Assembly: GCA_043823825.1 (NCBI GenBank)
Contig: JBDRTU010000026.1
Location: forward strand, 43-64,042
Source of the DNA: Patescibacteria group bacterium
Lineage (GTDB): Bacteria > Patescibacteriota > Patescibacteriia > Veblenbacterales > UBA10138
DNA length: 64,000 nucleotides
Reading direction: 5' to 3'
Part shown: piece by piece, positions 1-9,309 of the stretch
Layout: each line of letters opens with the position of its first letter
How positions within the stretch are numbered: position 1 is the stretch's first letter
The notes under the pieces: generated by a model
Databases searched by the model: none
What the model was told of the DNA's origin: nothing
The model's input: the letters and a program-made list of their open reading frames with translations, nothing else
Position numbers and translations under genes: made by a program

Positions 1-58
1 ATAGTATCGTAGATTTTAAGCTTATCCAAATTTGTCCAAGGACCGTCCTTGGATTGGT

Positions 59-121
59 CTTTGCGGTTTTCGCCTCGCAGAACGAGGCGACAATTTCAAG
101 TTTTTCTTTGGCGGCAAATTC
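59..121 (-). pseudogene. Fragment resembling the N-terminal resolvase domain of a large serine recombinase
   Basis: Minus frame reads EFAAKEKLEIVASFCEAKTAK, like the 'L.E.A....L.IV..F.E..TAK' segment of serine recombinases; no start or catalytic RxS motif; lies near a tRNA. Confidence 0.55.
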
Positions 122-122
122 A

Positions 123-623
123 TTATGAAATTTTTTTCAAGAGCAGAGGGGACAAAAGCGGTTTTAACTTTAGCTTTTCTGCTTTCGTTAAATATTTAAA
201 ACCTTTAATATGACCAAAACAATTTTTCGAACCACAGATACATTTAAAATCACTGCCCCATCTTTTCATATCCCATTCTGTGGTGAGATAGTTAAAAGTT
301 ATTTCCTCATTTTTCGAAATATCTTTTATCGCAATAAACCATCTTTTAACTATATCCAGTTTTGTATTAGGAGAGCAACTATGATTGATAAAATCCTCTG
401 GAACAAGATATTTCGTATCAATAAATTTCTTGTCGGTCATCTGCACCGCTTCAGGCGTAGAATCAGCGGCATTAACCAGATTTCCTTTCAAATAAATTAT
501 TTTTTCTCCTTTCTTGAATTTTTTATTTGCAAAGAGCGAAAGTCCCTTGCCCCACGCATAAACAACTTTCAGGTTTTTGGGAATTTTCAGGTCAAAAAGG
601 CGATTATGTTGTTTGATAAGCAT
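123..623 (-). CDS. SET domain protein-lysine methyltransferase with post-SET motif
   Basis: GKGLSLFA, FINHSCSPN, EEITFNY and post-SET CICGSKNC motifs. Confidence 0.92.
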   Translation of the reverse strand: MLIKQHNRLFDLKIPKNLKVVYAWGKGLSLFANKKFKKGEKIIYLKGNLVNAADSTPEAVQMTDKKFIDTKYLVPEDFINHSCSPNTKLDIVKRWFIAIKDISKNEEITFNYLTTEWDMKRWGSDFKCICGSKNCFGHIKGFKYLTKAEKLKLKPLLSPLLLKKIS

Positions 624-970
624 AGCGTTATAAAATTCGCAAGAGCAAGAATTAAAAAATTTTCTTCCCCCAAAATTAAAATATGGTTCGAGCCGATGTT
701 TTTCTACGGGTTCTTTTGCGGTTTTGAGCGGTGCGGCTTCGCCGCCTTTCCGAATTTTCGCGGGGGGAATTCCTCGCCGCCGCAGGCGGCGAAATGCGTT
801 CGGACTAATTCAAGAATACTGCTCCACGTAAAACTAGTTATGTCGCCACGCAGCGCCGCCATTTTTTCGCCGACATAGCTTCCATCCAAAGCAGAGTAGG
901 CCTGCCTGTCAGTCGCTCACGCGCCGACCTATCTCAATTGTTAGAGCAACGGTATCGCCCGCCTGCCTTA

Positions 971-1043
971 GCCACCTTAGCTCAATTGGTAGAGCAACGC
1001 ATTCGTAACGCGTAGGTTCCCGGTTCGATCCCGGGAGGTGGCT
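971..1043 (+). tRNA. tRNA-Thr(CGT), CCA not encoded
   Basis: GCCACCT/AGGTGGC acceptor stem, TAGCTCAATTGGTAGAGC D-arm, TTCGTAA anticodon loop, CCCGG-TTCGATC-CCGGG T-arm. Confidence 0.93.
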
Positions 1044-1102
1044 GTGGCAGGTAGGTAAACCACAGGTCAGTCTAATATCTGTCGAGCCCTTTGCCTCAGA
1101 TT

Positions 1103-2200
1103 TTAAATATGTAAAAACACAAATACTTTACTTTGCTTGCGCTCCTGCTCTAACCACTGATCAAAGTTGAAAATTTCAAATAGAATATGACTAGCTGCTA
1201 CCTGATTATTATATTGCTCGGCTGACGGTACCTCTTCACGCTTAATAAGGTGCCAACCAAAACTAGTTCTCACAGGCTCGCTCACCTCGCCTACTTCTAA
1301 CTGTTCTAGGCTGTCTTCAAATTCTGGTACCATGGTACCCCAACTAAAAACTCCCAAATAGCCCCCGGCCGAGGCGTTACTTATGTCTTGAGAATATTTA
1401 CTAGCTGCTTCGGCAAAAGAAAGTTCACCCTTAGTAATTTCAGTTAAAGCTTGCTTAGCTTTTTCCCGCGTTGTGGTATTGGCTGATTCATTTTGAGTAA
1501 ACCAATTAGTTACTTGCTGGCGAAGTAAATAAGGCACAATTATCTTTTGCTGAAATTGATTTATATCCAAATTATAATTTTCACGTAAAAAAGATGATAA
1601 CTCTTCTTTAGAACCAAATTCCTGAATTAATGAATTAACTTCAGCTGTTATAACCTCATTGCTAATCATTACCTGATTACGCTTGGTAAAATTTTTTACA
1701 ATCTCTTTATGAATCATTTGTTCTAACACTAATCTTTCTACCGAAGGACGATCAAATACACTCTCGGCATTATTTTCCTGTTGTTCCTTAAGATAAAACA
1801 ATTTTAAGGTTTCTACATCGGTGGTAAAATCTTTTATGGAAAGTAATCTACCGTCAACATAAGCAACTGGCCAAGGAAAAATATTTACCAAACTGGGATT
1901 TTTAAGATCTAATCTAAAACGATAAAAAGAAAAAACAAACGACAAAAACATTAGTATTAACACTAATACTAATAGTAATATCTTTTGTCCTAAAAATCTC
2001 CCAGGCGTCTTTGCTGCTGGTACTATTGATTTAGGTACAGGCTTAACTGGTGTTTCGGTTGCAGATGATTTAGGATCTTCCCAAATAAACCTTTTAACAT
2101 TTTTAGCTTTAAAAAGGTTATTAAATTTATATTTACCAATTTCCTCTAAAATAGTGGCGCGCAATTCTGGTTTGTCTTTTTTTTGTTTATCGGCTTTCAT
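1103..2200 (-). CDS. Membrane-anchored PrsA/SurA-like foldase (parvulin PPIase)
   Basis: TM helix, SurA-N-like helical region, FAEAASKYSQD...GGYLG...MVPEFE...TSFGWHLIK. Confidence 0.88.
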   Translation of the reverse strand: MKADKQKKDKPELRATILEEIGKYKFNNLFKAKNVKRFIWEDPKSSATETPVKPVPKSIVPAAKTPGRFLGQKILLLVLVLILMFLSFVFSFYRFRLDLKNPSLVNIFPWPVAYVDGRLLSIKDFTTDVETLKLFYLKEQQENNAESVFDRPSVERLVLEQMIHKEIVKNFTKRNQVMISNEVITAEVNSLIQEFGSKEELSSFLRENYNLDINQFQQKIIVPYLLRQQVTNWFTQNESANTTTREKAKQALTEITKGELSFAEAASKYSQDISNASAGGYLGVFSWGTMVPEFEDSLEQLEVGEVSEPVRTSFGWHLIKREEVPSAEQYNNQVAASHILFEIFNFDQWLEQERKQSKVFVFLHI

Positions 2201-2217
2201 AGCTAACTATAAATTTT

Positions 2218-2607
2218 TTATAATTTAAAAAAGTGATTCCACCATTTTTGCCAGTTATTGGCCTGATAACCAGCCCCTCCTGATGTTTGCTCGCCTAAAA
2301 CACTGCTCTCGCCGTTTTGTGGGATAATCACAACTTGCTCTCCTGGTTTTTGTAAATTCAAACGCAAACGAGCCTCTCGTTCCCTAAATTCATTAGTTTG
2401 GAAATAAGAGATTAAATTACTTAACTCTTTATTCTTTTGCTCAAAACTATTAATTTTGGCTTGCAAACTATTTATCTCCTGCGTTAACTCAACTTTGCGC
2501 ATTTGATTTTTAACTATAGCCACTACAATAATAATCATGGCGACTATGGCTATAATTTGAAACAATCTGGACGTGATGATAGTCCAAAAACGGGCTTGGG
2601 AATGCAT
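2218..2607 (-). CDS. Septum formation initiator family (FtsB/DivIC-like)
   Basis: N-terminal TM, coiled coil, EREARLRLNLQKPGEQVVII motif. Confidence 0.85.
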   Translation of the reverse strand: MHSQARFWTIITSRLFQIIAIVAMIIIVVAIVKNQMRKVELTQEINSLQAKINSFEQKNKELSNLISYFQTNEFREREARLRLNLQKPGEQVVIIPQNGESSVLGEQTSGGAGYQANNWQKWWNHFFKL

Positions 2608-2710
2608 AATGCTCTTAGTATAACATGTTTTTTAATAATTACATTTACCACATACCTGTGAGGGAGCAGTGGTTTACTTTAATAAATAAGGAATCTATAG
2701 TATACTTACC

Positions 2711-2803
2711 ATGGCTATGCGAAGTAAAACACGACGAATAATTTGGATTATCTTCTCAATCATTATAGTATTAAGCCTAATACTTTTTACTGTAGCGCCT
2801 TAG
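2711..2803 (+). CDS. 30-aa single-TM small protein (not in ORF track)
   Basis: MAMRSKTRRIIWIIFSIIIVLSLILFTVAP*; TATACT immediately upstream; basic N-terminus then hydrophobic helix. Confidence 0.55.
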   Translation: MAMRSKTRRIIWIIFSIIIVLSLILFTVAP

Positions 2804-4601
2804 TTCGGCTACTAGTGGGACGACTTAGTAAACTAAGATAAGCTTCGGTTGGTATTTGCACACTTCCTTGGGCACGCATTCGTTTCTTGCCCTTTTTTTG
2901 TTTTTCCAATAATTTGCGTTTACGCGTAACATCACCACCATAAAGTTTCGCTGTTACATCTTTTCTCATTGCCGATAATCGTTCAGCCGCAATTATCTTT
3001 CCGCCTAAAGCCGCCTGAATTTTCACTTCAAACATTTGACGCGGTATAATCTCCTTTAACTTAGTAACAATGCTACGCGCTTTGTGGTAAGCCTCACTGG
3101 TATATACAATAGTAGCTAATGATTCAACAATTTCTTCTGCCACTAAGATATCTAGCCGTTTAATCTGGCAGGGCCGGTATTCTAAAAAATCGTAATTAAG
3201 CGAGGCATAACCCTGACTAACGCTTTTTAAACGATCATAAAAATCAAAAAGAATTGAAGACAATGGTATTTGATAATGCAAAATTGCTCTTTCTGGCACG
3301 CCGCCAGGACCCAATAAATAATCAGTTGCTTTCCACTCAGCATGAGATTCTTGAGCTAGTGTCATTACTTTACCCAAATATTGATTAGGAGCCACAATAT
3401 CTAAGAGCATAATTGGTTCAGTTACTTGGCTGATAGTTGATTCATTTGGTAATTCTAATGCGCTTTTTATTATTTTCTCTACGCCACTTGATGTCTGTAC
3501 ACGATAAGCTACTGAGGGCGAGGTAATTACCAATTCTAATTCATATTCCCTCTCTAACCGCTCTTTAGTAATTTCCAAATGTAAAAGACCTAAAAAACCC
3601 ACACGAAAACCAAAACCTAAAGCTGGTGAATGCTCTGGTTCAAACGACAAACTAGCATCATTTAATTTTAATTTGTCTAAGCCCTCTCTTAACTCGGTAG
3701 CCTCATCGCCTTCCCTGGGATAAAACCCGGCAAAAACCATAGGTTTAACTTGTTGATAACCAGAAAGTGGCATATCTTGTTCGCTGGACACAAAGGTGTC
3801 ACCCACCCGAACCTTATTAATATTTTTTAAACCAGTTATCAGATAGCCAATTTGCCCAGCCACTAGAGTTGATTGGGGCTTTAATTGCGGCTGATAAATA
3901 CCGACCTCTAATACTTCTCCATTAATCTTTCCGCCCGGCAGCCAATAGCGGTCTCCTTTTTTTATTTCACCAGCTACTAATCTTATAGATGCAACTACTC
4001 CGCGCCATTCATCGTAACGCGAATCAAAAATTAAGGCCTGTAATTTATTACTGCTTGGTTTAGGCGCAGGAATGTCGCGCACCAAACGATTAAGCAACTC
4101 CGGCACAATTTTTCCGCTTTTTGCCGAAATTGAAAGAATCTCCTTATCTGATATTTTTAATAATGATGCTAATTCCTGCTTAGTTGCTTCAATATTAGCA
4201 TTAGGTAAATCAATTTTATTAATCACTGGAATAATCACTAAATTCTGACTTTGCGCTAAGTGCAAATTGGCGACTGTTTGAGCCTGAATACCCTGGGAAG
4301 CGTCTACTAGTAAAATAACGCCTTCAACGCAGGCCAATGAACGCGATACCTCATAGGAAAAATCTACATGACCAGGAGTATCAATTAAATTTAATAAATA
4401 ACCATTGTAACTCATAGTTACAGGCGCCAGTTTAATAGTAATACCCCGCTCCCGCTCTAACTCCATTTGGTCTAGTACTTGCTCCCTCATTGCACGCTGG
4501 GGAACAGTCTTAGTTAACTCTAATAAACGATCGGCTAAAGTTGACTTACCATGATCAATATGCGCAATAATGCAGAAGTTACGAATTTTTGATAGTTCCA
4601 T
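2787..4601 (-). CDS. lepA: Elongation factor 4 (LepA)
   Basis: IRNFCIIAHIDHGKSTLADRLLE, DTPGHVDF, C-terminal KDVTAKLYGGDVTRKRKLLEKQKKGKKRM. Confidence 0.98.
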   Translation of the reverse strand: MELSKIRNFCIIAHIDHGKSTLADRLLELTKTVPQRAMREQVLDQMELERERGITIKLAPVTMSYNGYLLNLIDTPGHVDFSYEVSRSLACVEGVILLVDASQGIQAQTVANLHLAQSQNLVIIPVINKIDLPNANIEATKQELASLLKISDKEILSISAKSGKIVPELLNRLVRDIPAPKPSSNKLQALIFDSRYDEWRGVVASIRLVAGEIKKGDRYWLPGGKINGEVLEVGIYQPQLKPQSTLVAGQIGYLITGLKNINKVRVGDTFVSSEQDMPLSGYQQVKPMVFAGFYPREGDEATELREGLDKLKLNDASLSFEPEHSPALGFGFRVGFLGLLHLEITKERLEREYELELVITSPSVAYRVQTSSGVEKIIKSALELPNESTISQVTEPIMLLDIVAPNQYLGKVMTLAQESHAEWKATDYLLGPGGVPERAILHYQIPLSSILFDFYDRLKSVSQGYASLNYDFLEYRPCQIKRLDILVAEEIVESLATIVYTSEAYHKARSIVTKLKEIIPRQMFEVKIQAALGGKIIAAERLSAMRKDVTAKLYGGDVTRKRKLLEKQKKGKKRMRAQGSVQIPTEAYLSLLSRPTSSRTKALQ

Positions 4602-4626
4602 AAATTAACTTGATAATTCATGTCTC

Positions 4627-4666
4627 GCCCCGTAGTATCCCGCAATAGCGGGTCTACTACTGGGGT
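4627..4666. repeat. REP-like nested palindrome (family copy)
   Basis: GCCCCGTAGT-ATCCCGC AATA GCGGGTC-TACTACTGGGGT; outer arms resemble the reverse complement of 35551-35586. Confidence 0.55.
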
Positions 4667-4695
4667 AATTAATATGCACGATGATGCAAAAATTT

Positions 4696-6297
4696 CTAAT
4701 TTTGGCTAAATCCATATTGTTTAATTTTAGCCCAGGCCAGATGAAGCCACTGGTTAACAAAAACGACTTCTGGCAACTTTAATACCCAAGCAAACAACCA
4801 ATAGGTTAGCACGCCTAGCATACCAGCTCCTACCCCTTGAATAAAAATGCCTAAGAAAGTGTACATATCAACTAATGGCGCTATTACTTGTAAAGCTCCA
4901 TAAGTGATCAAACCTGCTGGTACTGCCGCTAACAATATTCTCATACTGGCCTGAATAACACTTTTGGACTGTAGACTTCCTAAACGCTCTCCCAAAATAA
5001 AAATCAGAACTGAGAAATTAATAATACCAGCGACCACATAAGCTAGAGCTAGACCTAACAAACCAAAAGGTTTAATTAAAATTATTGAAAGAATAATATT
5101 TATTACTAAAGCGACGCTACTGACAATTACTGGCGTCCTGGTGTCTTGAAGTGCATAAAAAGCACGAGCAATTAGAGGAAGTAAACTTTCAGCAATTAAA
5201 GATAAAGCTAAAAATCCAAGCACTTGAGCTGTCATAAAAGTATCGTGCCAGTCAAAAGCGCCTGCCCCCAACACTACCCGAACAATCTGCGCTCGCAATA
5301 TTAAAAATAAAATACTTAAAGGAATAACAAAAAATAATACCCGGCGAATACTATCACTTAGATGACTGACTAATTCGCTGGGTTTGTTATTAGCCCAAGC
5401 TTCACTAAATAAAGGAAAAGCAGCAATGGCCAGCGACACACCAAAAACATTAATGGGAAAACTTTGTAAATTTAAGGCTAGGGTAAACGACGCCAAACTA
5501 CCAGCCACCAAAGTAGAGGCAAAAATAGTTAGCACAATTTGATTAAAAGAATGAACGGCCAACCCAAAAGTGCGGGGCAAAATTAGTTTAACTATTTTTT
5601 TTACTGACTGATGAAAAATATTAAATTTTAAATGCCAGCGCCAACCTAGTTTTAAAACAGTTGGTAACTGTATAAGCATGTGCATGATACTTCCTAGAAA
5701 AACACCAAAACCCAGTCCCACAGCACCAGCTGAAGGAACGATTAGAATTATCCCCAAAATAATTCCCAAATTGTACATCACTGGAGCTAAGCTATAAAAC
5801 AGGAATCTTCTAAATGATTGTAAAATTCCGCTGAGCACATTACTAGCGCCGAAAAACACTATTGCCAACATCATGATGCGGCTCAGTTTAATAGTAAGCT
5901 CAAGCTTGTCACCACTAAAACCAGGGGCAATCATCGGCACTAAGCTAGAAGCAAAAATTATTCCCAGTACTGCTAAAATCAAAAGTAACACCACTAAGGC
6001 ATTAAATACTGTAGTAGCCACTTTCCAGGCTTCTTCTAAACTTTTTTTGTTTTTCAATTCAATAAAAACAGGAATAAAAGCTGAAGCTAAACCCCCTAAT
6101 ACTAAAATATTAAAAATAAAATCTGGAATCTTGAAGGCGGCAAAATAGGCATCTAGAGTATCCCCTGCCCCAAAAGTAGTAGCTAATAAACGATCACGAA
6201 CTAAACCTAATACACGTGAGCCAATAGCAAAAATAGCGATGACTAAAGCACCGCTAGTTACCTTTGCACTTAAACTAAAGTTTTTCTCGTCAGACAT
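4696..6297 (-). CDS. murJ: Lipid II flippase MurJ (MviN)
   Basis: SRVLGLVRDRLLA...FGAGDTLDAYFAAFKIPD, RAFYALQDTRTP, many TM helices. Confidence 0.95.
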   Translation of the reverse strand: MSDEKNFSLSAKVTSGALVIAIFAIGSRVLGLVRDRLLATTFGAGDTLDAYFAAFKIPDFIFNILVLGGLASAFIPVFIELKNKKSLEEAWKVATTVFNALVVLLLILAVLGIIFASSLVPMIAPGFSGDKLELTIKLSRIMMLAIVFFGASNVLSGILQSFRRFLFYSLAPVMYNLGIILGIILIVPSAGAVGLGFGVFLGSIMHMLIQLPTVLKLGWRWHLKFNIFHQSVKKIVKLILPRTFGLAVHSFNQIVLTIFASTLVAGSLASFTLALNLQSFPINVFGVSLAIAAFPLFSEAWANNKPSELVSHLSDSIRRVLFFVIPLSILFLILRAQIVRVVLGAGAFDWHDTFMTAQVLGFLALSLIAESLLPLIARAFYALQDTRTPVIVSSVALVINIILSIILIKPFGLLGLALAYVVAGIINFSVLIFILGERLGSLQSKSVIQASMRILLAAVPAGLITYGALQVIAPLVDMYTFLGIFIQGVGAGMLGVLTYWLFAWVLKLPEVVFVNQWLHLAWAKIKQYGFSQN

Positions 6298-6371
6298 ACA
6301 ATAAAGTTATTATACTTTTTTTTCTAAGATTTGTCAGCACCAGATGGTACTGTTTGTTGATATTGTAATCT

Positions 6372-6735
6372 AAAAAAACAGCAGGCTACTGTCAAGCGGA
6401 TTAACTCGTCGAAATAAGTTCATTTCCTGTTTGTTCACTTAAGGTGAACTTGAGAAGAGAGTTATTACTCACTCATTGTCGAGCGAGCCCCTATTTGCTA
6501 GGGAAAAACTTTAATCAACTTATTATTTGAGTAATCGCTTGGCCAGTAGCCTGCTGCTGACTTTGCCTTTTTAAGGAAGTGGTTGGAGGTTGAGAAAGGC
6601 TTGAATTGACCTACAGTAAAGTGGTGTCCAAGCAAGAGAAGTGTACAATTTACACGAAAGGTGCAAACCGTAGCCTCTTCACAAACATTCCCCAAGTATC
6701 CTCCACCCAACTCCTTAAAAAAAAGAAAGTCCACC
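6372..6735 (-). ncRNA. Candidate ~360-nt two-domain structured ncRNA, unknown class
   Basis: Promoter TTGACA-N17-TAGTCT (6768-6740); long stems 6700-6731 with 6559-6589 and 6517-6556 with 6379-6420; inner hairpins with G-U pairs on minus strand; ends in a U7 tract. Confidence 0.7.
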
Positions 6736-6739
6736 CTTC

Positions 6740-6768
6740 AGACTAAGGTAAAACAGTGATTTTGTCAA
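6740..6768 (-). promoter_or_regulatory. sigma70-type promoter of candidate ncRNA
   Basis: TTGACA aaatcactgttttacct TAGTCT on minus strand, 17-nt spacer. Confidence 0.65.
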
Positions 6769-9290
6769 GGTCTACTAGGCCGTTCTAATATTAAACCGTA
6801 AAACTGATCCTGTTGCCAATCACTAAACAAACTTAAACCAACAGGCGTCAATTTTAACTCGGCTGAGGCTTCTTGCCAACGCAAACGCCAACCCTCTGGT
6901 AATTCAAAAGTACTAGTAAAATCTATAGGCTTAGTGCCAGACTGTCTTTGAAACAATACATCGTACTGCCGCAAATCTTGCCATTTAGCTATAGTAGCTA
7001 ACCCAAAGGGTAATTCATATATTATTGATACAGTCTTAGTTTCGCCTGGTTCTAGCACTAACCAGTTAGTAAAAACTGTCTTATTAAATTCTTCGCTAAT
7101 CTCGGTACCCGAGCTTTTGTCGACAGCAATCAGTTTGTGGCTTTTCTTAAAATCATCATCGGGCACTGTTTGGCTTGGCGATGAACGAAACTGCTCTTCT
7201 GGTATGTGACTAAATCCCTCTGCTTGGATTAGCTTACTTCCCAATGGTACATAAAATTTTAGCCAACTAACATTTCGTCGACGATAAAAAATATCATCAG
7301 GATCACCTTGGTGACTGCGTGTAAAATCAACCCGTACTTGCAGATCACCGTTATCAAATAGCTTAACCAGATGCTGTGCCCGTTCATTAATTACCAAATC
7401 TGTTTTACCGCCTCCTATGTTTGCTCTAACAATAGCCAGATAGTCAGCAATAGTGGACTTAATTTCTCCACCCCAACCCGCTTCTATAATCCTCTGCTGA
7501 ATATTTGGGTCATTAAAGTAAAGTTGAATGCTTTTTTGCATCAAGCCTTGATTAATTAAAGTTAGCGCTGTGATCTGATCTGTTGGTTTAAGGTTGATAA
7601 TTCTCTCTAATAATATTGGAGCTAAATCTGCAATAAATTGTTTAGGGCGATTAGTCACACGATCAAACTCTAAATCCACCGCTTCCTGAGTTTCTCTAAT
7701 AAAGTTTTCAGCAGTAATGTGTTTATTATAAGCTGGCAGATCAATCGGCCCAACTAATTTTAATAAGTTAATTATCACATCAGGGTTAATGGCGATCACG
7801 CCGTCAACTGTTGGTCCACCACTCTCTGTAACAAACCATGCAACTTTTTGCGCAGAAGTAGGAAAATCAAAAAACCAATTAGCATCTTGAAGTTGCCATA
7901 AAGGATTCACTAATTTAAGAGGTTGTGGTGGTTCTAATAAAACTGCCAGTTGTCCTTGAAAATCATAAGGACCACCACCAGGGATATCAATTTTATTAAT
8001 TTTACCATTGGTCGTCTCAATAAACGCCAGGCTTCCTAAAAATCCCCCGGCTGGCCTTAATTCTGAATAATTTTGAAACAACAAAAGATAATTTTTATTG
8101 CCACTAGTAGGAATAATTTGGCTAACAATATTTGGTAGCGACAACACCTGCGTTAATCCCCCTTCTAATTTTTGCAAACTGCTGGCTAAACTAACCACTT
8201 CAACATCTACTCCCTGTGGTAACTCTAGCTCACTAACTGATTTTAATAAATTTAACGCTTGTCTAATTTTGGGCTGAATTTCAGCTATTCCGCGCTGAAG
8301 TATTAATATTTTTATATTTAAATCCATCTCCAGAATATTTTCCACGGGACTCGAATCTAATTCGGACATGGTTCTACTAATAATAGAGCCGCTTTCGGCT
8401 AATTCCTTACCAGCCTGTAGTAATTGTTGTGCAGCTACTAGTTGTTGTGATCGACCAGGTAAACGAGTTAATAGTGCCGCTAGACCGGCATTAATATTTC
8501 CTAAAGCTTCTTGGGCATTAATAACTAAGTTAGTTACTTCCTTAAAATCATCTTCAGCTTGATCAAATTCACCTTCAATTAATTTGGAGCTGGCCTGACT
8601 AAATTGATTAAGAGCGGCTGAAGCAAATGTTAATAGTTGAGATTTCCTAAAAGAAAAATCTTGTTGCCAAGTAATCCATTTTAAAGGCAGAATCAATAAA
8701 ATGGCGATTAGTAAAAAAATCACCATTTGCCGCAGACGCGGAACTGTAAAAAAAACGCCAAGTGGCTCTGATTCCCTAAACCACTGCCAAGGCTTAAATA
8801 GTCTACTAATAACTCTATAATTCAACTCAAAATAATAAACTAAATCCTCGGCTATACTTTTACCAATACCCTTCAAACGAACATAAAGAAAATAATAAAA
8901 AAGCGCAACTGCTCTAAAAATCAGATAAATAAAAAAGTATACCAGCTCTAATAAAAAAAGTGCGGTGAGTTCTTGTAATAGAGGGAAACGTAACTCCAAC
9001 CGCCTCCAAGGCACAATGATATAATTCTTTCCTGGTTTTAAGAAATTTATTGCCCAACTCTCACGCTGTTCGAATTTTGATACAGTTTCATTAGTAGGTG
9101 TAGTCTGTTTTAATGGTACCAGGCCCGGCCTTAAATTAAGAACATGTTTGGATAAATCAGGAGTAAATGCCTGCTGACGCCCGAATTTGCCGCCGCGCTG
9201 ATATTTTAAACTCCACCAATTCACATTACTTGATAAAGAGGATTTGTTGGGATTATTATTCTTACCCTTCTTAATAGAAGAAATTGTCAT
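6765..9290 (-). CDS. DUF4012-like membrane-anchored extracellular protein
   Basis: YLLLFQNYSELRPAGGFLGS, DANWFFDFPTSA, VDGVIAINP motifs; adjacent to polysaccharide genes. Confidence 0.8.
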   Translation of the reverse strand: MTISSIKKGKNNNPNKSSLSSNVNWWSLKYQRGGKFGRQQAFTPDLSKHVLNLRPGLVPLKQTTPTNETVSKFEQRESWAINFLKPGKNYIIVPWRRLELRFPLLQELTALFLLELVYFFIYLIFRAVALFYYFLYVRLKGIGKSIAEDLVYYFELNYRVISRLFKPWQWFRESEPLGVFFTVPRLRQMVIFLLIAILLILPLKWITWQQDFSFRKSQLLTFASAALNQFSQASSKLIEGEFDQAEDDFKEVTNLVINAQEALGNINAGLAALLTRLPGRSQQLVAAQQLLQAGKELAESGSIISRTMSELDSSPVENILEMDLNIKILILQRGIAEIQPKIRQALNLLKSVSELELPQGVDVEVVSLASSLQKLEGGLTQVLSLPNIVSQIIPTSGNKNYLLLFQNYSELRPAGGFLGSLAFIETTNGKINKIDIPGGGPYDFQGQLAVLLEPPQPLKLVNPLWQLQDANWFFDFPTSAQKVAWFVTESGGPTVDGVIAINPDVIINLLKLVGPIDLPAYNKHITAENFIRETQEAVDLEFDRVTNRPKQFIADLAPILLERIINLKPTDQITALTLINQGLMQKSIQLYFNDPNIQQRIIEAGWGGEIKSTIADYLAIVRANIGGGKTDLVINERAQHLVKLFDNGDLQVRVDFTRSHQGDPDDIFYRRRNVSWLKFYVPLGSKLIQAEGFSHIPEEQFRSSPSQTVPDDDFKKSHKLIAVDKSSGTEISEEFNKTVFTNWLVLEPGETKTVSIIYELPFGLATIAKWQDLRQYDVLFQRQSGTKPIDFTSTFELPEGWRLRWQEASAELKLTPVGLSLFSDWQQDQFYGLILERPSRP

Positions 9291-9309
9291 ACAACTATAT
9301 TATACGATG

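Noticed and set aside
210-878. 222-aa plus-strand ORF
   Set aside because: Antisense to the well-supported SET gene; no recognisable motifs
6498-6734. 78-aa ORF inside the structured region
   Set aside because: GTG start at the predicted TSS, no motifs; pairing and G-U pattern explain the sequence better
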